A DNA stretch of 64,000 nucleotides from Phoronis australis (taxonomy: Eukaryota > Animalia > Phoronida): NCBI GenBank assembly GCA_002633005.1, contig NMRA01000183.1, positions 76,426 to 140,425 of the forward strand, given 5' to 3'. The notes under the pieces are model-generated. The model had not been told where the DNA came from. It was given only the letters and a program-made list of their open reading frames with translations, and did not search any database. Shown here in pieces: positions 58,101 to 64,000 of the stretch. Within the stretch, counting starts at the first letter, position 1, and each line of letters begins with the position of its first letter. The translations under genes were made by a program, and so were the position numbers.

Positions 58101-61100
58101 GTTGGTACGAGTGAATGAATGAATGTACAGGTTGAATGAAGTACCCCTGGTGTATCTTAGGTATAAAAGGTAATTTGATGGTATAAGAATCACTTTTCTG
58201 TTGTAGTTAGCCAACCAGCAGATTAAATAATCACCAAAACAACTTTTAGAGAATCTAAAACTTTCTAGAATTATAGTCACGTAATTGTGTGACCATATCT
58301 TGAGCAGTATTGCTGTGTGTTTTCATTGGATGTCGCTCTGTTATAACTATTGAAGCCGCTACAAAACACGCCTTCGCGGGCCGCCAGATAATTCACCCCT
58401 GATTCAGACCAATCTCCACTAAGCATAGGAAATTGATTTGAATTTTTGCCTTCATAGGACGAAGAGTTTTTTGGTGTAGGAAAGAACGGGTAGTGTTCGA
58501 GACCATGTTGGAGGCATAAACTTATCCTCTTTGACAAGCTGGGCCATAAGCAATAGCAAACTGTCAGTTGTTACCATAAAAGAATATCGTATAAAAGAAC
58601 GGGAAATGTCCTTAATATGATGTTAAGTTTGACGGAAGGCGGGTTTGTAGGTGCTTTAATGAACCATATTATGTAAATAATAGAACTATATTTACTAGAC
58701 GATGCACAGTTGTCTGATTACGCGGACAGTTTTGACGAAACAGATTGTGGAAGAGAGTTTAGAGATGTCGACGAAGGCCCAAACATTCTGGTTATCTCCG
58801 CCACCCCGCGTGAGTATGACGACGAAGAGGACTTTTCTGAATTCTTCGAAGACGATGACTATGATCCTGGCGTACTACTACGCCCAGACGTATTCTACGA
58901 CAGCGACATCAGTGGGGAATGCATTGCTGATATTATCGTTGTTGGAGAGGAACACGAGCATATTCCAGCTGACGACGAAACCAGTGACGATATTGTCAGC
59001 GATCTGAACAGTAACAGTCAAACTGACGAAGCAACAGACGCATTGTCAGTTGTGGATGACTTCGATGAAACGAATGCAATGGGAGAAAATAGCGTGATTG
59101 GCTTTTGTAGGGAGGAGCGTGAAGTGAACTTAGATGTTAAAAATTATTCGCAAAAATGCGATGACAATGAAGTAGCTTTATTGTGTGATGAAAATGAGAA
59201 GGAAGAAAGCAGTTGTCAGGATTGCCAGGATGAAGTCATATTGGACGACACAGAGGAGATTACACACGAGCATCGTGTAACGGTGGAGAATGAACGTGAC
59301 CATCACGAGACGGAGGAGAATGAACATGTACATCACGTGACGGAGGAGAATGAACATGTACATCACGTGACGGAGGAGAATGAAGATGAACGTCACGTTG
59401 AAGAAGATCAAGTACAGGATGCTCACGCTGAAGACACACGTAGTTTACATACTCTAGGTATTTACGTATGAAATTGACAATCCCGTGTGTATACCGTTCC
59501 AGTGCACTGTATATACCTGCGTGTTTGACAACCCGCCTGTTTCAATCAAACACTCGGCATTGCTTCTTCAACAGAGTGTGGATATGTGCGTGTGTGTGAC
59601 CTTATGTGTATGTTTGGGTTGAAGTGATACATAAGTTTTTTTTTTACACATTACAAGATCTTTGTGTGACCAGGGTTGCTGTCCTTAGAGTATTTAAAAT
59701 AGCGAGGCGCTAGGAGTTTTCACAGTAAAGTGACAGTATAAATTTTTTGGTCTTTCAAGTCTGTGAGTAGGCCTTCATTCAAAGAAAGTGATATTTAAGA
59801 CATTGACACATTCTCCTGCCTCTACTACATCTTGTCAAATGTCATGAATACAAAGAACTGCACGAGATATATTAGTACAACTATGGCTCACTCTTTTATG
59901 TCGCGTTTCTATATATTGACAAATACTTTTATAAATATCATACTTACGTTACAGATGACCAGGAAGAGATAGCAGCAATGCAGACTATCGAGGAGGAGTC
60001 TCCAAGACTACTTGTCAATAAAGCAGACGATTCAGCTACCGAGTCTGTTGATGGGGACAGCGACAAAGATGTAGAAAGCCCAGTTGTAGCAAAAACAGAA
60101 GAAGAGTTAGAAATGGAACGAATTGAAGAAGAAAACCGAATAGCCGAAGAGGCTGAGACAAAGAAAGGTATTCTGCTCCTTGTTGGATAGTCTAGGTCAT
60201 GGCTTTTTTAAAACACAAGTTCATATATTTTGAATTTTCGAAAGCCGAAAAGCGATTCTTATACCATTGATGTGATCGTCTGGTATTCTTTGAATTTCCA
60301 TTTGTTTTGTCTGTCTCTCCTGGTTTTTGTTCGTGTGTGTGAATGTGTGTACATCTTTAGTGCCATTGTGAATGTTTCCAGGGACTTTTTGAAGAATGCA
60401 GTTGTTGTAATATAAGTCATTCAGGCCTCTCCTTGACTAGAAACGTATGTTTACGTTCTCTGTTTTAATTGGTTAGTTGCTTTGGATGACCGACATCTCA
60501 CGCTACATTAAAATGTGACGTATGTAAAAAGGTCAATGACATTGTTGTGCAAAGTTATAATGAGTAATGTTAATGCCGGGCTGCAATAACTTGCTGTTCC
60601 TTTATTTTGTTTTGGAATTTGGAGTTCATTGACATGTAGTGCACTTATGAGCTAGAAAAAATATAATATTAACAACAAATAACAAGCAAAATGCATGTCA
60701 TGTAGATAGCAACTAGCTATGAAGCTCACCAGATGTCAAATGTCACCCGAGAAATTCTATATTTTATGAATCCCACCAGATGTCACTAGTCACCCGAGAG
60801 ATTCTATACTTTCAGCTCGACAAAAGAAACGGCTGACCGAGCGGCTGCAGGAGGCCATGAAAGTACGTCTGGACGTGGATCGTTTGAGCCGTGCTATTTC
60901 AAAGTTCATCTCAGCTGGTATAGAGAACGACGCGTTACTAGCCGAGGGCAAGAGGATGCTGGAACTGTGGACTCTAATACTAAGTTAGCATGTTTCTATG
61001 CCATATTTTAGTTCTTGTACTGCACACAATACCCTATAAAGCCACGAAACGACGTAGTGTATGGCTAGAAGTTTTCAATTAAAGTCTCATTGGAAGTTCA

Positions 61101-64000
61101 AGATAAGAAGTTTAAACATAATTCTGTACCACGCAAGAATTTTTACGCACTGTCTATCAGTCGTTAGTAGTTTCTTTCCTCAGGACAAGAATTGTACGAT
61201 GACACTTGGCTTAGCTCAAAATCATACTCTGCCACACGGTTTGGTAATTGGCGAAATTATTTTTCACAATTAGCAGAATTAATTAGGAGCACAATGTGGC
61301 AAGATTATACAAAAGTTTCAGGCTGTAAAAGTCAAATTTCTTGCCGGTTTGCATAATTCAAAAACCTGATCGCGTGTACTTTTCACGAACTATTCAAATA
61401 TACTATATAAAAACTTTCGAAACGAAAACTTAAAACATACAAATGTCGCACCCAAGTGGTTATAACGGTCCGATTATCTAGAGAACGATAGCATCAGCAG
61501 CCTGAGGCAATAATTAACTGTGATATACCGGCAAATTTCAAGGTACGCTAACCGATCCAGTTGCCCAATCTCGCCCAGAGAGAGTGTCAACATAGCATTC
61601 TTTTGAAGGTGTCCAGATTAAAACCGCGTTCAGAAGTGTAAAAAGGCGGAGTGGAAGTTTCATTTGATTGTAGGTCTGCAGCTTAAGACTAGCGTTTACA
61701 AAGGCTTCGTAACAGCCGTCTTATGAGTAATTTACCAAACTCGTAAGATCACCATGGGCGAAGAGAGCCAAAACCCACGTTACGTCACTAGATTGTCTTC
61801 TCTAGCAAATAGGGTAGACGTGTCATGTCTGATTTTCGGGGCTGAATATATGCAGGCAGATCAAAGGTCCAACGAGCGTTCACATGTGATTTTTTCAGAA
61901 GGCAGGCTTACCTTTTCAATGGACGGCATGTGAGCGCTTTGTAACGTCGTTTGTGTGTTTCCGCAAAACCCAATCACAGAATATACATAATGACTTTAAT
62001 AACTTTTGTGACGCCCTTGCAGATTTGAACACCGGTATCCGGACCAGAAACATTAAATTGGTTGAGCCAGCCATACAAAAGGCGGCTCGTCACGACGACA
62101 GTGAGTTAAGGAATTACGTGGCCTTAGCACATCGAATGATGGAACAGGTACGCAAAATAGAACGCCTGCGCCACTCCATCTTAAAGTTGAACCAAAAGAC
62201 AATTGCTGAAATTCGCGCCTATAGTCGACCGCCGCCAGCTGTTGAGCAAGTGATGACAGCCTCTTTCCTTCTGATGGGGGAAGAAGAATATGAACTGAAG
62301 GTACGATTAAAAGATCTAACCTGCAACCTGGATACCGCCATAAGTTCTCATAACTTTCGTTGTTCATATTGTACGTTCTTGGTAAATGTACTGAATAATC
62401 GTAAGAAATACCTTTCAGCATTGGACAGTACAATGTACTTTCGTTTATATTTATCGAAACTCTACCAAAGAATTTTTGGCATAGACCTGGGCCAGGTCTA
62501 ACCTTTTTACTAAAAATATAAACTCAAATTTAATTTTGACTGTTTTATTCTAGTTGTGTACGAACTCAAGAAAAGTATCTGTTGAGCAATGGTCGAGTAC
62601 ATGATGTTGTAGTCCTACAAACGTGTATATCTCCTTGTCCTACACTGTATATCTCATTGTCCTACACACGTGTACATCTCATTTTCCTACACACGTGTAT
62701 ATCTCCTTGTCCTATACACGTGTGTATCTCATTGTCCTACACACGTGTACATTTGTTGTGATCTGAGTCATCTGAGTGAAGAACCGACATCACTGCACAA
62801 GGGATATCCCCATAAACACTCCATCCCCCGAAGAAGTAGATCCCGAAGTGTGTAGATGCTGACAGTTCCAATCAGTGGATGATTCACTAGCCTTCTGTTT
62901 CTTCCACAAAGTCTTGATTTTCTGCAAGCAGCCCATCCAACTCCTAGCTCACGAAGTCGTTCCAAATGATGATGTTCCGATTCCTCTTGGTCCTTCTTCA
63001 GCTTCTCCCTGACCATATTCACAATTTCCGGTTTAGCAGGGCACAGCTTCCCTTCTGGTTTTGCTTTCCCAGCCAGCTCATCAGCACGTTCATTCCCCCT
63101 AGCTCCAGCATGGCCTGGGGTAAATATCCAGGTGATCTTTTTCAAAGTCGCCTTTGTTAGGAGCTCAGTCAATTCAACTCTCAAATGCCCACTTTCAATT
63201 TTCTTCAGAGTGCTTTGTGAATCTGTAACAAAGATCAAATGTGCTTGCCGAGTTGTTGTCACCCACTCGAGAGCCTGTGTAATTGCTTCTATCTCCATTC
63301 TCATGCTGGAAGTTGTCATACTGTAAGCTCCCTGCTGTTCCTGCTCTAGTCTGCCATTTACAATCGCTGAGAAACCCCATCCAGATTGTTCTCCTCTTTT
63401 AACAAATCCATCCGAGTAAACAACTACATCTCCATGCCGAGAGTAGTCTTCAATAAGTTGTTGTACACACGTATATATCTCATTATCCTTCACACATGTA
63501 TATCCCATGGGGAGGATAAAATTCTATGCATATCCAAATATTTCTTTACAAGGACTGGAAGTGGATTCAGTGTTTGATGGGCAGAATAGGACCCGATAGC
63601 GTGAAGAAGCGGGTGGCTGATACAAACGTGGACGATGTTCCAATCGAAATTGCACTCCGAGCTCAGCAGATTTATGAAGGGTTTACACTAAACGACGTGA
63701 GAGACGTTAGTGCAGGCGCGGCAGCCTTCTACGTTTGGGTACGTATTGCTCTTTGCCTAGATGATGTTGTTTAATTCAAGTGGCTAATAGATGAAAATCT
63801 GATTAAAAGGTTTAAATATTTTCCTGAAAACCAGCCAAATGAGCTCTAAAGACCTTCTTTTAGAAACTGTCACGGTACTTTTTTGACAAACGCCGGTCAC
63901 CTTGAACTTATATTTTATAGACTTCAGGAATGATTGAAGCTTGCATAAACAACTTCAAGGCCGCCGGAGGAAACCTATTCTCTGTACGACCGAAAACGTG
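52095..64000 (+). CDS. Hillarin/KY/LTD-1-like pseudo-transglutaminase with Ig-like repeats and C-terminal dynein-MTBD-like domain (3' end runs off window, >1380 aa)
   Basis: Phase-consistent GT-AG exons 52095-52190, 53967-54146, 54873-55102, 56085-58039, 58699-59457, 59955-60167, 60816-60983, 62023-62300, 63553-63738, 63921->64000. KY/hillarin signature KVRAIFRWIT...LFAGLCKFAGLKCVIVNGINKSAAYEVG...QWNAIYLNGAWRFVDVFW...NDFFFLTEPEQLIYTHFPNDSQWQLL. Confidence 0.88.
53967..54146 (+). CDS. KY-like gene exon 2
   Basis: TTGTAG| and |GTACGT; 60 codons ending DYPRPLPPSDSRDDICCQTILNSIDDYIFD, joining to APEDL as in hillarin-type W-domain starts. Confidence 0.78.
54873..55102 (+). CDS. KY-like gene exon 3 (start of transglutaminase-like core)
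   Basis: TTTTAG| and |GTGAGT; APEDLLTGSYTNLVKYL...KVRAIFRWIT...HAHLFAGLC. Confidence 0.92.
56085..58039 (+). CDS. KY-like gene exon 4 (TG-like core plus ~4 Ig-like repeats)
   Basis: 1955-nt exon within the 670-aa ORF; TTTACAG| and G|GTATGC. Confidence 0.95.
58699..59457 (+). CDS. KY-like gene exon 5 (hyper-acidic, phase 1-1, His/Glu repeats)
   Basis: TTACTAG| and G|GTATTT; 253 open codons rich in D/E. Confidence 0.72.
59955..60167 (+). CDS. KY-like gene exon 6
   Basis: TTACAG| and G|GTATTC; acidic, then coiled-coil-like EEELEMERIEEENRIAEEAETKK. Confidence 0.82.
60816..60983 (+). CDS. KY-like gene exon 7 (helical)
   Basis: TTTCAG| and A|GTTAGC; RQKKRLTERLQEAMKVRLDVDRLSRAISKFISAGIENDALLAEGKRMLELWTLIL. 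Confidence 0.82.
62023..62300 (+). CDS. KY-like gene exon 8 (start of dynein-MTBD-like domain)
   Basis: CTTGCAG| and AAG|GTACGA; ...ILKLNQKTIAEIRAYSRPPPAVEQVMTASFLLMGEEEYELK. Confidence 0.9.
62612..62752. repeat. 25-bp minisatellite (continues at 63464-63505 beyond the LINE)
   Basis: Unit CCTACACACGTGTATATCTCATTGT, ~5.5 copies. Confidence 0.9.
62753..63463 (-). mobile_element. 5'-truncated non-LTR retrotransposon, RNase H domain
   Basis: ORF with RNase HI motifs VYSDG, MEIEAI, TDSQS, PGHAG.RGNERADELA; ends at TGA with a short CAA-like tail; antisense in the intron. Confidence 0.85.
63553..63738 (+). CDS. KY-like gene exon 9 (dynein-MTBD-like)
   Basis: TTACAAG| and TGG|GTACGT; DWKWIQCLMGRIGPDSVKKRV...FTLNDVRDVSAGAAAFYVW. 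Confidence 0.9.
63921..64000 (+). CDS. KY-like gene exon 10 (partial)
   Basis: TTTTATAG| acceptor; TSGMIEACINNFKAAGGNLFSVRPKT to the window end. Confidence 0.8.

Noticed and set aside
62768-63508. Cellular RNASEH1 gene
   Set aside because: No hybrid-binding domain, intronless, 5' end made of minisatellite and a LINE-type C-terminal extension; a retrotransposon fragment.
62023-64000. A dynein heavy chain gene
   Set aside because: No AAA modules or long stalk coiled coils; the exons are phase-linked to the KY-like exons.

Overview
Eukaryotic (invertebrate, lophotrochozoan-like; species cannot be fixed from sequence) genomic DNA, AT-rich, with one ~900-nt gap and two single Ns. It holds four genes. 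(1) A complete 11-coding-exon DEK chromatin protein gene on + (CDS 3129..36468, about 421 aa). It has a CCAAT/E2F/YY1/CHR-type promoter and a ~2 kb 3'UTR, and its introns are packed with nested DNA transposons (hAT with 5-, 6- and 8-bp TSDs, Tc1/pogo-like, piggyBac, Kolobok-like, Harbinger-like, and Helentron-type HINEs carrying arrays of CTCF-like motifs). (2) A convergent single-exon small membrane protein with KCNE/MiRP-like features on - (40080..40508). (3) A tRNA-Asp(GTC) on - (46533..46604). (4) A large gene on + from 52095 running off the window end. It encodes a hillarin/KY/LTD-1-like protein with an N-myristoylation motif, a catalytically dead transglutaminase-like core, about four Ig-like repeats, a very acidic spacer and a C-terminal domain resembling the dynein heavy-chain microtubule-binding domain, with X-box-like motifs in the intron after its first coding exon. 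This last gene is the best candidate for an undescribed system (a possible membrane-to-microtubule/ciliary linker). All exon calls were made by hand from GT-AG sites and phase continuity; no database searches were run.
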